From positions 4,366 to 68,365 of the forward strand of contig JAETPN010000001.1 of the NCBI GenBank assembly GCA_021771185.1: a stretch of DNA of 64,000 nt, given 5' to 3'. Made by a program: the position numbers and the translations under genes. The notes under the pieces were generated by a model. It was given only the letters and a program-made list of their open reading frames with translations. It did not search any database and had not been told where the DNA came from. How positions within the stretch are numbered: the stretch's first letter is position 1; every line of letters begins with the position of its first letter. Below are positions 46,091 to 56,977 of this stretch, in pieces. Source of the DNA: Bacillota bacterium (GTDB lineage: Bacteria; Bacillota_I; Bacilli_A; RF39; UBA660).

Positions 46091-47011
46091 CTATTTTTGA
46101 TCTGTTGTATTTCGTTTTAATTCTTCAGGACTAAGTTCAAAATCATAAAAAGAAGTAAAAGCTTTAGGCCCCTCTTGATTAGATTCACTTTTTAAAGATT
46201 CTACAGGATTTTCTTGCTCTCCTCTTTTAACCGCACTATTTGTCGTGGGAGAAAAAGGGGCAGGCTCTTTGACTGGCATTTCAGGAAAATGATGTTCGAT
46301 TGGATTTGCCTCAAGTCTTTTTGCAGATTCTGTCGTAGGTTCATGTTGTTCAGACTCTGAAACACTTAAATCTTCTTGTGACCAAATCGATTTTGTCTGT
46401 TCCTGACGTTCCATTTCCGTATTTTCTTCTCTTTTTTCAGGTATTTGAATAAAAGTTGAAGAAGTTACTGGCTCTTCCACTGGTATTTCTGGTTGATTCA
46501 AATTAGAACCTAACAAAGGACTTTTTGTAAAGGACATTGGTTTTTCCTCATTCATACTCGTATCTTTTAAGGACACTACCTCATGATCTTTTTTTAACTG
46601 TCTACGAATGTTCAATTTTTCCTTGATTCCAAATACCACATAAGTTACAGTTAAAGCAAATCCTATCGGTAGTAGATAATATCCTATCCCATATAAAATA
46701 GTAGTAGTAGAGGCATACTGTTTATATACGGTAGTAATACGGTTCGTATAATCAATAAAAAACCATAAGGCTACACCACTCGTAACTGTTGGTAAAATGA
46801 TATCCCCAAAGAAAATTGATATCATCGACAAACCAGCTAAAAGAATCAAATAAAATTCTTCATTCACTAAAAATTTAGATAAACCACCAATAGTTAAACA
46901 TGGAATAAAATGACTAATAATAAGACATAACGTTCCTAATAAACCAAACATCATCGTTAAATGACTCAAATTGTTTTGAATAAATTTTTGTTTTCTTTTT
47001 CTCTGCTTCAT
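46091..47011 (-). CDS. hypothetical membrane protein with a long disordered acidic/proline-rich C-terminal tail
   Basis: The start is reassigned to the ATG at 47011 (MKQRKRKQKF), preceded by an AGAGGGGA RBS. It has four predicted TM helices followed by about 170 aa of low-complexity sequence. Confidence 0.4.
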   Translation of the reverse strand: MKQRKRKQKFIQNNLSHLTMMFGLLGTLCLIISHFIPCLTIGGLSKFLVNEEFYLILLAGLSMISIFFGDIILPTVTSGVALWFFIDYTNRITTVYKQYASTTTILYGIGYYLLPIGFALTVTYVVFGIKEKLNIRRQLKKDHEVVSLKDTSMNEEKPMSFTKSPLLGSNLNQPEIPVEEPVTSSTFIQIPEKREENTEMERQEQTKSIWSQEDLSVSESEQHEPTTESAKRLEANPIEHHFPEMPVKEPAPFSPTTNSAVKRGEQENPVESLKSESNQEGPKAFTSFYDFELSPEELKRNTTDQK

Positions 47012-47123
47012 ATAAATCCCCTCTATTCTATTTAAGATTATACCACGGATTATTTTTACTTTCAATTCTTTTATCTTTATATTATATTCACACAATTCTT
47101 TGGTAGAAGAAAAAATTATAGAT

Positions 47124-48545
47124 CTACTCTATAATTTCTCCATCCATACTCCATGTTTTAACATCTGTAATTTTAACATTTACGATTTTTCCAATATACT
47201 TAGAATCGCCTTTGACATTTACTAATTTCATTGTATCAGTATATCCCATAAGATAGTCTTCATTCTTTTCACTAGGTCCTTCAAGTAAAACGGGAACCGT
47301 TGTTCCTAAATACTTATCATTAGCTTCTTTTGAGTATTGATTTACTAATTTATTTAAACGTTGTAAACGTTCATTTTTTTCTTCTAAAGTAATATCATCT
47401 TGCATACGACAAGCTGGTGTTCCAACGCGTGGGGAGAAGATAAATGTAAAAGCAGAATCATATTTACAAGTATTTACAACTTCTAATGTTTCCTCAAAAT
47501 CTTCTTCGGTTTCACCTGGAAAACCAACTATAATATCAGTAGTAATAGAAGAATATGGTAATGCTTGTTTTAACTTTTTAAATAAAGTTAAATACTCTTC
47601 TTTTGTATAACGTCTTCCCATTAATTTTAAAATTTTAGAGGATCCACTTTGTAAAGGTAAATGAATATAAGGCATAATATTATCATATTTTTTGATCGTT
47701 TCAATCATTTCATCTGTAAAATCCCATGGATGACTAGTCACAAAACGAACACGAGGAATTCCTGTTCTCGCAACATCACGAAGTAAATCTTCCATACCAT
47801 AATCTAAATCTAAATCTTTTCCATAAGCATTTACATTTTGTCCTAAAAGAGTTACTTCTTTATAACCCTCTTTGACTAACTTATTTACTTCATCTAAAAT
47901 AAATTCAGGCTTACGACTTCGTTGTTTTCCTCTAGTATAAGGAACAATACAATAGGTACAGAATTTATCACATCCATACATAATATTAACCCAGGCTTTA
48001 TATTTACTGTCTCGTTTGACAGGAATATTTTCAATAACATCTCCCTCAATACTAAAGACTTCAACTTGTTTTTCTTTCTTATTCATACAATCTTCAAGTA
48101 ACGTAGGAATACGATGAATATTATGAGTTCCAAAAACTAAATCAACATGTTTATACTTAGTTAATATTTCATCGACAACGACTTCTTCTTGAGCCATACA
48201 ACCACAAACACCTAAAATAATATTAGGATTCGTTTCTTTTAACGTTTTTACACGACCAATCATTCCAAATACTTTATTATGGGCATTTTCCCTAATCGCA
48301 CAAGTATTTAAGAAGATCACGTCCGCTTCTTCCATTGTTTTACTTTCAGTAAAACTCATATCCTCTAAAATAGCTTTCATATTTTCACTATCATGTTCAT
48401 TCATTTGACAACCATAAGTTTTTACATAATACGTTTTATCTTTTCCTAATTTTTTTAAATCATGTTTTACAATATATTCATTTGTTTTAGTAAGTACTTC
48501 TTTTTTTGTACGAATTTTTGCTTCTTTTAAACTTGGTTTTAGCAT
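47124..48545 (-). CDS. miaB: tRNA-2-methylthio-N6-dimethylallyladenosine synthase (radical SAM methylthiotransferase)
   Basis: MTTase N-domain cysteines (YGCQMN), the radical SAM CxxxCxxC (CDKFCTYCIVP), and a TRAM domain at the C-terminus. Confidence 0.85.
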   Translation of the reverse strand: MLKPSLKEAKIRTKKEVLTKTNEYIVKHDLKKLGKDKTYYVKTYGCQMNEHDSENMKAILEDMSFTESKTMEEADVIFLNTCAIRENAHNKVFGMIGRVKTLKETNPNIILGVCGCMAQEEVVVDEILTKYKHVDLVFGTHNIHRIPTLLEDCMNKKEKQVEVFSIEGDVIENIPVKRDSKYKAWVNIMYGCDKFCTYCIVPYTRGKQRSRKPEFILDEVNKLVKEGYKEVTLLGQNVNAYGKDLDLDYGMEDLLRDVARTGIPRVRFVTSHPWDFTDEMIETIKKYDNIMPYIHLPLQSGSSKILKLMGRRYTKEEYLTLFKKLKQALPYSSITTDIIVGFPGETEEDFEETLEVVNTCKYDSAFTFIFSPRVGTPACRMQDDITLEEKNERLQRLNKLVNQYSKEANDKYLGTTVPVLLEGPSEKNEDYLMGYTDTMKLVNVKGDSKYIGKIVNVKITDVKTWSMDGEIIE

Positions 48546-48622
48546 ACCAACACCAACTTTCTCTTAAAGATAATAACACAAAATCTAGTTTTAATCAATA
48601 AAACTAGATTGTTTTTAAAGGA

Positions 48623-49018
48623 CTATTTCTCTTTTTTTAGTTGCTTCGTTTTTTCAGAATTCTCTTGGTAAGTTTGTTTTAAATAACCTAACTTAATATC
48701 AATTAGTTCTCTTTCCACAAGAAATTGTTTCGCTAACCATTCAATACAATCTCTATCATTAGTAATCAATAATTGATTCAGTGCATCAAATAAAATACTT
48801 TGGCCTTTTACTTTCATCTCTACTTTTTTAATAAACTTCACTGAATGAGTAGGATTTTGATAATACCAATAAATTGCTTCTAAAAATTTATTCGTTGGAA
48901 GTAACATATGAAGAGCAAAATCGCAAGCACGAAATTCTTTTTTATCTTTTAAAGTTAATTCTTCACTCATGTTTTCTAAACGATAACTCACCCATTTTTC
49001 ATATTCGTCTTTTCTCAT
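48623..49018 (-). CDS. hypothetical protein (131 aa)
   Basis: No recognisable domain. It is divergent from the tocopherol cyclase-like gene. Confidence 0.35.
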   Translation of the reverse strand: MRKDEYEKWVSYRLENMSEELTLKDKKEFRACDFALHMLLPTNKFLEAIYWYYQNPTHSVKFIKKVEMKVKGQSILFDALNQLLITNDRDCIEWLAKQFLVERELIDIKLGYLKQTYQENSEKTKQLKKEK

Positions 49019-49128
49019 TTATCCCCACTCCACTTCACAAGTATAATATCACAATCAAAAATTATGTCAATGACTTTTCATCATAATCTAAATTCAATAA
49101 AATAAAGTGTATTAAGGAGAACTATATA

Positions 49129-50055
49129 ATGAACAAAGAACATTTCCAAGGTAATATAAATAACAAAAACTATTTTGAAGGCTGGTATTTTAAGCAAGTA
49201 ACAAACGATAAAAAAGACGCGATTGCCTTTATTGTAGGAATATCTACTTCAGAAGAAAAACATTCCTTTATTCAGATAATCACAAACAATGAAAGCTATT
49301 ATCTAAAATTTGATATTCATGATTTTTCTTATAGTAAAGATCCCTTTTTTGTTAAGATAAAAGAAAATTATTTTTCTAAAGAACAAGTTATTTTAGATAT
49401 TAAAAATGAAGAATTAACTTTATCTGGAATTTTAACTTTTCATCATTTAATTCCATTAAAAACTAATATTTATAGACCTACAATCATGGGACCATTTTCT
49501 TATATTCCTACAATGGAATGTAATCATGGTATATTAAGTTTAGACCATAAAGTGAATGGAACGATAAATATCAATAATCATAGAATAGAATTTAATAATG
49601 GTTATGGTTATATAGAAAAAGACTACGGAACATCTTTTCCTAAATATTACACCTGGTTACAATCTAACTGCCCAACAAACGACAAAGATGCGTGTATCTT
49701 CGTATCCATCGCAGATATTCCACTATGTAAAACATCCTTTAGAGGCCTAATTAGTGTTTTAAAAGTCCATGATAAACAATACTTCTTTACAAGTTATTAT
49801 TTAAGTAAAATCAAGCAATATGAAAAAGATGGTGAAGAATTAAAAATTCTTTTAAAGAATATGAAATATTATTTAGAAATTATTGCGACTTATGATAAAG
49901 AACATGATCTCCTTGCGCCTCACCATGGTGAAATGAATCATATCATGAAAGAATCACTCGATGCAAAAATTAAAGTTAAATTAAAAGATAAAAGGAAACG
50001 TGTAATATTTAGTGATACTTTTACTGCAGGTGGATTTGAAAATGTGACAAGATAA
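49129..50055 (+). CDS. tocopherol cyclase-family protein (PF14249-like)
   Basis: The N-terminal signature FEGWYFKQ matches the conserved FEGWYFR motif of the tocopherol cyclase family (plant VTE1 and bacterial homologs). 308 aa. The RBS is AAGGAGAA. Confidence 0.5.
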   Translation: MNKEHFQGNINNKNYFEGWYFKQVTNDKKDAIAFIVGISTSEEKHSFIQIITNNESYYLKFDIHDFSYSKDPFFVKIKENYFSKEQVILDIKNEELTLSGILTFHHLIPLKTNIYRPTIMGPFSYIPTMECNHGILSLDHKVNGTININNHRIEFNNGYGYIEKDYGTSFPKYYTWLQSNCPTNDKDACIFVSIADIPLCKTSFRGLISVLKVHDKQYFFTSYYLSKIKQYEKDGEELKILLKNMKYYLEIIATYDKEHDLLAPHHGEMNHIMKESLDAKIKVKLKDKRKRVIFSDTFTAGGFENVTR

Positions 50056-50082
50056 AAAAAGAAATCAATGATTTGATTTCTT

Positions 50083-51162
50083 TTAAAATCCTCTTTTTCT
50101 TAAGAATGAAGGAATATCTAATTCAGATTTAGATCCTCCGCTTGATTGATCATCACTTTCTGGTTTTGATGGTTCTTCTGTTGTTCTTGAATAAGAATGA
50201 TATACAGGTTCTTTTTCATCTTCAAATCCAGTTGCGATAACTGTAACAATAATTTCATCATTTAAATTTTCATTAATTACTGCTCCAAAGATGGTATTAA
50301 TATCTGTATTAGCACTTGCACGAATAACTTCTGCAGCTTCTTCTACTTCAAATAATGTTAAGTTTGAACCACCAGTAACATTAATAATGGCATCTGTAGC
50401 TCCACTAATACTTGTTTCAAGAAGTGGGCTTGATACAGCTTGTTCTGCTGCTTCTGCAGCTCTGTTTTCTCCTGTACCCATACCAATTCCAATAAGTGCA
50501 TTTCCACGTTTTTCCATAACAGCTTTTACGTCTGCGAAATCTAGATTGATTAACCCTGCAACGGCAATTAAGTCAGAAATTGATTGAACACCACGACGAA
50601 GAACATTATCAACTTCTTTAAACGAATCTAATAATGGTGTCGATTTATCAATAATATCACGTAAACGATCATTTGGAATGACAATTAACGTATCTACATG
50701 TTTTTTTAATTCTTCTAATCCAGCGATGGCTTGATCCATACGTTTTTTTCCTTCAAATGAGAATGGTTTTGTAACAATACCTACGGTTAGAGCTCCTAAT
50801 TCTTGGGCAATACCAGCAACGACTGGAGCGGCACCTGTACCAGTTCCTCCACCCATTCCACAAGTAACAAAAACCATATCAGCACCATCTAATGATTTTT
50901 TTAATTCTTCTTTTGACTCTTCTGCAGCTTCTTTACCAATTTGTGGTTTACTTCCAGCACCACGACCACCAGTAAGCTCTCTACCTATTTGAATCTTTGT
51001 TTCAGCTTTTGAAGTATTTAATACTTGTAAATCTGTATTTGCGACAATAAAGTCTACTCCTTTAACTCCTGATTCAATCATTCGATTAACGGCATTATTA
51101 CCGCCTCCGCCAACACCTATTACTTTTATTTTTGCAATTTGATCCATTTCTAATCCATACAT
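50083..51162 (-). CDS. ftsZ: cell division GTPase FtsZ
   Basis: The tubulin signature GGGTGTG is present, with the T7 loop and a C-terminal conserved peptide ([10 protein letters not shown]). Confidence 0.95.
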   Translation of the reverse strand: MYGLEMDQIAKIKVIGVGGGGNNAVNRMIESGVKGVDFIVANTDLQVLNTSKAETKIQIGRELTGGRGAGSKPQIGKEAAEESKEELKKSLDGADMVFVTCGMGGGTGTGAAPVVAGIAQELGALTVGIVTKPFSFEGKKRMDQAIAGLEELKKHVDTLIVIPNDRLRDIIDKSTPLLDSFKEVDNVLRRGVQSISDLIAVAGLINLDFADVKAVMEKRGNALIGIGMGTGENRAAEAAEQAVSSPLLETSISGATDAIINVTGGSNLTLFEVEEAAEVIRASANTDINTIFGAVINENLNDEIIVTVIATGFEDEKEPVYHSYSRTTEEPSKPESDDQSSGGSKSELDIPSFLRKRGF

Positions 51163-51174
51163 AAAGTTATCCTC

Positions 51175-52425
51175 CTATTCACTGAAAAAATATCCAAATA
51201 TTTTACCAAGCATCGTATCATTTGAAATGTTGATACTATTCTTTTTACTAGATGATAAATCCATCGCGTCTCGATTGCTTACCATAGAATAATTCTTATC
51301 TTTTAATTTTAATTTTCCTATAAAATAAACAATATTTCCAACAGCAGATGAATATTTATTATTACGAATACCTACTAACTTGATATTTCCTAGGGTAGCT
51401 TTTCCGTGGAAGATTTCATCCACGATGTAGCGGAAATGTAAGATATTAGTTGTTCCCCCCGTAATAATGACATACTGAACTGTTTGACTATTTAATATAT
51501 TAATCTCTTTTTTCGCTAATGTCAAGATTTCTTCTAATCTCGACATCACAATTTCTGAAACTTCATATTGATTTATTTTTACTAAATCATGATCTTTCGT
51601 TTCTACTTCTATTTGATCATTAGGATTGGCGTGTGCCTTATGCGCAAGCGCAAATTTCATTTTTACACGTGCTGCTTCTTCAACATCAAGCTTATACATG
51701 TATGCAATATCATTATCAATATTTTTACCACCAATTTGAAGAATGTTACTTGCGACTAAAATGCCTTTTTTATAAATAGAAACGGTTGTTGTTTCACTTC
51801 CGATATTAACAATCGCACCTGTTTCTTGTTCCATTTGTTTTGTTTTAAAGGTGTGAATATCTCCAATACAAGATGTTGAAATATCAACCACTTCAACCCC
51901 CATATTTTCAAGAAGACCAACCACCGAATAAATATTTTTATTTGGTGTCGTAACCATGATTCCTCTAGTTAGCAATGTTTTACCAGTCATTCCTTTTGGA
52001 TCTTTCACTTGTTGATCATCAACCATGAAATCTAGAGGCATTACCGTAACCATTTCACGACCTTGTTTCAAATGAGACATTACCGCTGTTTGTAATACAT
52101 TAATAACATCTTCACCATCAATCGTATGTATTTCTTCCGTTTGTGGTAATTTTATTGTTCCTGTTACTTTCGTATACTCTGCAAAATAACTAGGAACAGA
52201 AACAAGAACTCTTTTAATCGTTATTCCTAACATCGATTCAACTTCATTAAGTACTTGACGCATTGATTCTGTTGCAGCTCCCACGTCTGTAATTAACCCC
52301 TTTTTTATTCCCTTTGATTTGACAGATGAGGCAGCAAGTAAGTTTAACTTATTGTGATAAAGTTCACAAGTCACTACTTTAATTGTATCTGATCCAATAT
52401 CCACACTAGTATAAATATTTTTCAT
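51175..52425 (-). CDS. ftsA: cell division protein FtsA
   Basis: Actin-like ATPase fold (SVDIGSDTIKV... GGTTNILH). 416 aa, directly upstream of ftsZ. Confidence 0.9.
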   Translation of the reverse strand: MKNIYTSVDIGSDTIKVVTCELYHNKLNLLAASSVKSKGIKKGLITDVGAATESMRQVLNEVESMLGITIKRVLVSVPSYFAEYTKVTGTIKLPQTEEIHTIDGEDVINVLQTAVMSHLKQGREMVTVMPLDFMVDDQQVKDPKGMTGKTLLTRGIMVTTPNKNIYSVVGLLENMGVEVVDISTSCIGDIHTFKTKQMEQETGAIVNIGSETTTVSIYKKGILVASNILQIGGKNIDNDIAYMYKLDVEEAARVKMKFALAHKAHANPNDQIEVETKDHDLVKINQYEVSEIVMSRLEEILTLAKKEINILNSQTVQYVIITGGTTNILHFRYIVDEIFHGKATLGNIKLVGIRNNKYSSAVGNIVYFIGKLKLKDKNYSMVSNRDAMDLSSSKKNSINISNDTMLGKIFGYFFSE

Positions 52426-52586
52426 TACCTCACCTACAATCTACTACTAATTATACTATAATTTTATTAAAAGGAAAAGAGATTCCGCAAAAAAATAGAA
52501 CTTTAAGTCCTATTTTCTTATTGTTTCTTCAATTAAACTGACATTTTTCACCAGTGATTGAAATTGTGGTATTGCACATCCATAAC

Positions 52587-53453
52587 CTATTCTATTCCAA
52601 TTTGTTCTGTTTTTTTGATATCATCTATATATTGGTAATTTAAAGCATTGTCTTTTGTTATAACTAATTCACCTAATCTTGATTCAATATCCATACGAGT
52701 ATTTTTAGCGACTTGTCCTCCTTCTTTAGCAATTTTTCTATTTTCTTTTAGACCGATAGGTTTATGTTTTTTCGCAAGTTCTCTCACAGTAAGTTCTCCT
52801 ATATCTGCAAGGGCAATCTCTATATCACTCATATTATCACGTAATGATTCTTTTTTTAATCCCTTATATTGTTTATATTCTTTTGCAGTCATTCCAGACC
52901 ATTCTTTATATATATCATTTGTTAGAATGGCATACTCCGCGTTTTTTTCAATACCATTATCTTTCCATACATCAGTCAATTTCTTTCTTTCCTGGATTCC
53001 TTTAATTCTCTTAGTAATCCAATCTTCATCATAACCTTTAGCACGATATATATCAACTGCCCTTTGCACTGTAAGTGATGGATCAAATACCTCGTCAATT
53101 CTTTCTTTCCCTAATCTTGCAAGCCAACGCTTTACTGGTTCAGCATTTTTAGAAGGAACCGATTCAATTATTCTAAACATTCCTTCAATATCAGTTACAT
53201 CAGTAAAACGATATTTTCCATCAGTTGCTTTCAACTTCAACTGTCTAGTAATACTAGACGTTTCAAAATTTTCTTCTTTCCTGATTTTATTTTTTAACCA
53301 ATTCCAATATTTTCTAGGACTATCACTTTCTGACATAGTTCCAACTAAATCAACTACACTTATATAATATTTTTCTTCTTCCTTATCCCATACAGTTCTA
53401 ATTGTTTCATTATTAAATATTTTGTTAATTAAATGCATTTTATCCTGATTCAT
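52587..53453 (-). CDS. DinD/RhuM-family protein (Bro-N-like N-terminal domain), inserted between divIB and ftsA
   Basis: The N-terminus IRTVWDKEEEKYYISVVDLVGTMSESDSPRKYWNWLKNKI resembles DNA-damage-inducible protein D / RhuM family N-termini. Family assignment is from memory of the family. It is not part of the conserved dcw gene order. Confidence 0.5.
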   Translation of the reverse strand: MNQDKMHLINKIFNNETIRTVWDKEEEKYYISVVDLVGTMSESDSPRKYWNWLKNKIRKEENFETSSITRQLKLKATDGKYRFTDVTDIEGMFRIIESVPSKNAEPVKRWLARLGKERIDEVFDPSLTVQRAVDIYRAKGYDEDWITKRIKGIQERKKLTDVWKDNGIEKNAEYAILTNDIYKEWSGMTAKEYKQYKGLKKESLRDNMSDIEIALADIGELTVRELAKKHKPIGLKENRKIAKEGGQVAKNTRMDIESRLGELVITKDNALNYQYIDDIKKTEQIGIE

Positions 53454-53782
53454 AAAAACTCTTCTTTCCCCCCCTTATTAGTCATTTTTTGAATCTAAAT
53501 ATATCTTCATCATAGATATAAATAAATCATCTTTTTGTTCATTTGTTAATTCTTTACTTCAAATAATACTTTAGATTTATCGATTAAGTCTATACAACTA
53601 TCCGTTGTTTCTGCTATTAAAAAGAAAGACATATCCACCTTAAAACATTTCCATCACTTTTCCAACTGTTTTAAATTTTTTCTCCCAATTCTGAGTACAT
53701 ATCATCATCTTCTTCTGAATACATTATAATATATTTATTTTAAATGGTAAACTATATTAAATGAGTTTCAAAAAGAAAAAAA

Positions 53783-53799
53783 GGATAGTTTGTCTATCC
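53783..53799 (-). terminator. rho-independent terminator overlapping the divIB stop codon
   Basis: On the minus strand: GGATAGacaaaCTATCC followed by TTTTTTTCTTTTT. Confidence 0.5.
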
Positions 53800-54495
53800 C
53801 TCCATCACTTTAAAGTATTCTCCAGAGTCTAAATATAAAATTCCTTTTTTATTTTCAAATTTACGCATAATTTTAATATAATTATTTAATTGATCAAATT
53901 TATTAATCGATAAATAAACATAATTACCATCACTCATTGAAATTAGAAAACGTCCTTCATCCACTTCATTTGGATCATATTTAATGGTTGATATGCGTGA
54001 AAAAACATCATCATGAATCATGGTAAGATTCGCAACTAATTGTTTATGAATTTTCACTGGTGTATAGTTTAGTAACAGCGGTGCTTCATACTTTGTTTTA
54101 ACTTTTTTACCACTTGATAAAACAGTTTTTGATTTATATTTATCATAAAATAAAGGCGTATCTTCTTCTATTTTAATTGTAATAGAACGAAATCCTGTAC
54201 GATAAACTTTAGCACGATCAATTAATTCATGACGCATTAATTTTTTAGAAATATTCATCGTACTAAAAGTTAAAGTAGAGGGATAATTTCTTAAGCCAGC
54301 TTCATCAATGATCGTTTGGTCCTTTAGATGTTTATTCCCAGATACATAAATATTGGTAATTGGTTTATTTAATATTCCCCAAACAATAGTACCTATCAAA
54401 AAAAGAAGAAAAAGACAAAGAAAAATTCGATCATAACGTATTTTTAAACGCTTTTTCTGTTTTCTAGTTTTTCGCCTTGTTTTCTTCTTTTTCAT
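53794..54495 (-). CDS. divIB: cell division protein DivIB/FtsQ
   Basis: A basic N-terminus, a single TM helix, and a POTRA-like region (ITNIYVSGNKHL). It is positioned between murB and ftsA. Confidence 0.75.
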   Translation of the reverse strand: MKKKKTRRKTRKQKKRLKIRYDRIFLCLFLLFLIGTIVWGILNKPITNIYVSGNKHLKDQTIIDEAGLRNYPSTLTFSTMNISKKLMRHELIDRAKVYRTGFRSITIKIEEDTPLFYDKYKSKTVLSSGKKVKTKYEAPLLLNYTPVKIHKQLVANLTMIHDDVFSRISTIKYDPNEVDEGRFLISMSDGNYVYLSINKFDQLNNYIKIMRKFENKKGILYLDSGEYFKVMEG

Positions 54496-54504
54496 ACTTT
54501 CACC

Positions 54505-55401
54505 CTATTCTACAAATTCTTGTTCTATTTTTAGTTCAATGTTTTTTTCTTTTTTTACTTGATCTCTAATTTCTAAAATTAATTTTTTGATATCATCACC
54601 AGAGGCATTTCCTTTATTGATAATGAAATTCGCATGTTTTTCACTCACATAAGCATCACCAATATGTTTGCCTTTATATCCAATTTCTTCGATAAGAGCA
54701 CCTGCAAAGTTTCCTTCTGGATTACGGAAAACACTTCCTGCACTTGGATATTCTAAAGGTTGCGTTTCCAGGCGACGACTTTTTCTTTTGTTAATGAGCT
54801 CTGTAATTTCTTCAACATTCCCACGTTTTAAAATAATGGTAGCTTCAAGGCAAATATACCCTGGATGTTTTTGTAGGAATGACGAACGATAATGGAAATC
54901 TAATTCGTGATTATACATTGTTTTTACTTCTAATTCTGGTGTTAATACACGAATACTTTTCACAACATAACCCATATCACTTTTATAAGCTCCAGCATTC
55001 ATATAAACAGCCCCACCAATACTCGCTGGAATTCCCGTCGCAAATTCTAAACCAGATAATCCTAAACGAGCTGTTTTTAATGCTAATTTCATTAAAGAAT
55101 AACCTGCACCTACCACAATCGTATTATCACGAATGATTAAGTTATCTAAGCCACTTAATGAAATTAAAATACCTTCATATGTTTTATCGCTAAAAATTAA
55201 ATTAGAACCTTTCCCGATGATTTTATACTTCACGCGTTCTTCATTTAATAACTTTAATAATGCCTGAAGATCACGAATCGTATATGGCATAACAAGCCCC
55301 CAGGCATGACCACCTGCTTTATACGTTGTATATTTTTTTACATCTACATTTTCAAGAACTTCTCCACAATTTAATTTTTTTATTTTAGTGATGATTTCCA
55401 T
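54505..55401 (-). CDS. murB: UDP-N-acetylenolpyruvoylglucosamine reductase
   Basis: FAD-binding PCMH domain (TTYKAGGHAWGLV, GKGSNLIF) plus the MurB C-terminal domain. It overlaps murG by 17 nt. Confidence 0.9.
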   Translation of the reverse strand: MEIITKIKKLNCGEVLENVDVKKYTTYKAGGHAWGLVMPYTIRDLQALLKLLNEERVKYKIIGKGSNLIFSDKTYEGILISLSGLDNLIIRDNTIVVGAGYSLMKLALKTARLGLSGLEFATGIPASIGGAVYMNAGAYKSDMGYVVKSIRVLTPELEVKTMYNHELDFHYRSSFLQKHPGYICLEATIILKRGNVEEITELINKRKSRRLETQPLEYPSAGSVFRNPEGNFAGALIEEIGYKGKHIGDAYVSEKHANFIINKGNASGDDIKKLILEIRDQVKKEKNIELKIEQEFVE

Positions 55402-56482
55402 GAGACACTCCGATCATTTGTTTTAATTCTTGATAGATTTTTTCTGCACTATCTTTAATATATAATCCTTCTAGTCCCTGTTTCATTTCTTTTATTTTTC
55501 CTTGATCTTTAAAAATAGTATCAATCGTTCGAACTAAGATATCGCCATGTAAGTCTTTTTCTTCTAATAATACTGCCGCATGTCGATCAATTAAATCCAT
55601 CGCATTTTTATATTGATGATTATTTGTCACATATGGACTTGGGATTAAAATCGTTGGAACCTTTAATGCAATAATTTCACTTAAAGTAGAAGCCCCCGCA
55701 CGAGATACCATTAAATCCGTATTCTTCATCAGTCCAGTTAGTCCATCAATATACGCAAATACTTTAACATTGGATGGGAAGTTTTTTTCTTTGATTTCCT
55801 CATAACCATCTTTTCCTGTAACAAAAGCGACTTCGTACTCTTTTCCACGAAATAAACTCATAGCTCCAACTAAGTATTCATTTACTTTACTAGATCCTAG
55901 GGATCCCATGACAATTAAGACTAGTTTTTTATTTTTGTGAAAACCTAAACTTGTTTTATCCATGGCTGGCTTTTTAATCGCATCTTCCCCACAAGGATTT
56001 CCAGTAAAAATTGTTTTTTCTTTCGGAAAATCTTTCATACTAGCTGGGAGTGAAATACCAATTTTAGTAACTTTTGAACTTAGTAATAAATTACTTTTTC
56101 CAGCAACACTATTTTGTTCATGAATGAATGTAGGATATCCTAATTTTGATGCAGCTTTAATCACTGGATTTGTGACATATCCTCCCATACCAATAACAAC
56201 ATCTGGATTAAATTCTTTAATATACTTTTTACACTTTTTATATCCCTGATATAAACAAGTAATAGTCTTTACATTTTTATATAACTTTTTTCGGTAAAAA
56301 CCATACATTTCAATTTCTTTAAAAGGAATTCCACGTTTTGGAATAATTTCTTTTTCCATTCGATTATGTGTTCCTATATACAAAAATTCACTTTCTGGTT
56401 CATGTTCTTTAATTTTATTAATAATCGCTAATGCAGGATAAATATGTCCACCAGTCCCGCCAGCACTAATCACTACGCGCAT
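55385..56482 (-). CDS. murG: UDP-N-acetylglucosamine--N-acetylmuramyl-(pentapeptide) pyrophosphoryl-undecaprenol N-acetylglucosamine transferase
   Basis: MRVVISAGGTGGHIYPALAI is the N-terminal G-loop 1. GT-B fold. Confidence 0.9.
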   Translation of the reverse strand: MRVVISAGGTGGHIYPALAIINKIKEHEPESEFLYIGTHNRMEKEIIPKRGIPFKEIEMYGFYRKKLYKNVKTITCLYQGYKKCKKYIKEFNPDVVIGMGGYVTNPVIKAASKLGYPTFIHEQNSVAGKSNLLLSSKVTKIGISLPASMKDFPKEKTIFTGNPCGEDAIKKPAMDKTSLGFHKNKKLVLIVMGSLGSSKVNEYLVGAMSLFRGKEYEVAFVTGKDGYEEIKEKNFPSNVKVFAYIDGLTGLMKNTDLMVSRAGASTLSEIIALKVPTILIPSPYVTNNHQYKNAMDLIDRHAAVLLEEKDLHGDILVRTIDTIFKDQGKIKEMKQGLEGLYIKDSAEKIYQELKQMIGVSHGNHH

Positions 56483-56520
56483 GTCCTCACCTCTAATTCA
56501 TTGTATTCGTTAAGTAATAT

Positions 56521-56895
56521 TTATTGACATTTTCCCTTAGTTACTGTAATTTGTTTTTTATTTGGTGCTTTGGTCGCACACATTTTATCATTTCCAATTT
56601 TGATGGTCGTTTTTTCATTTTCATCATAGCTAATAGTACCACTTCCGTTAATTTTTCCGGTAAAATCAATGGAAGGTTCTATGACACCATCTTGAATGAT
56701 ATATTCACTTGTCGTAACCCCTTCTTCTGTATGGGCTGCTTCTACTGCGCGTAATAAACCATATACAGAGTTACGATAATTGTTCATTTCAACACGTTCT
56801 AAGATATCTGTCACAACAGGAATGGTAACTACCGAAACCACACCTAAAATCACAATAGTCGCTAATAATTCTACTAAAGTAAAACCTTTTTTCAT
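56521..56895 (-). CDS. type IV pilin-like protein (prepilin-type N-terminal cleavage/methylation domain, C-terminal disulfide loop)
   Basis: MKKGFTLVELLATIVILGVV matches the G/FTLVE site. 124 aa, with a Cys pair near the C-terminus (C...KGKCQ). Confidence 0.7.
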   Translation of the reverse strand: MKKGFTLVELLATIVILGVVSVVTIPVVTDILERVEMNNYRNSVYGLLRAVEAAHTEEGVTTSEYIIQDGVIEPSIDFTGKINGSGTISYDENEKTTIKIGNDKMCATKAPNKKQITVTKGKCQ

Positions 56896-56977
56896 AGATA
56901 CCCTCCTATTCTTAATTTATTATACAATAAATTAAGAAAAAAAAGAAGACTTTCATCTTCTAATTCAAAAATCGTTC

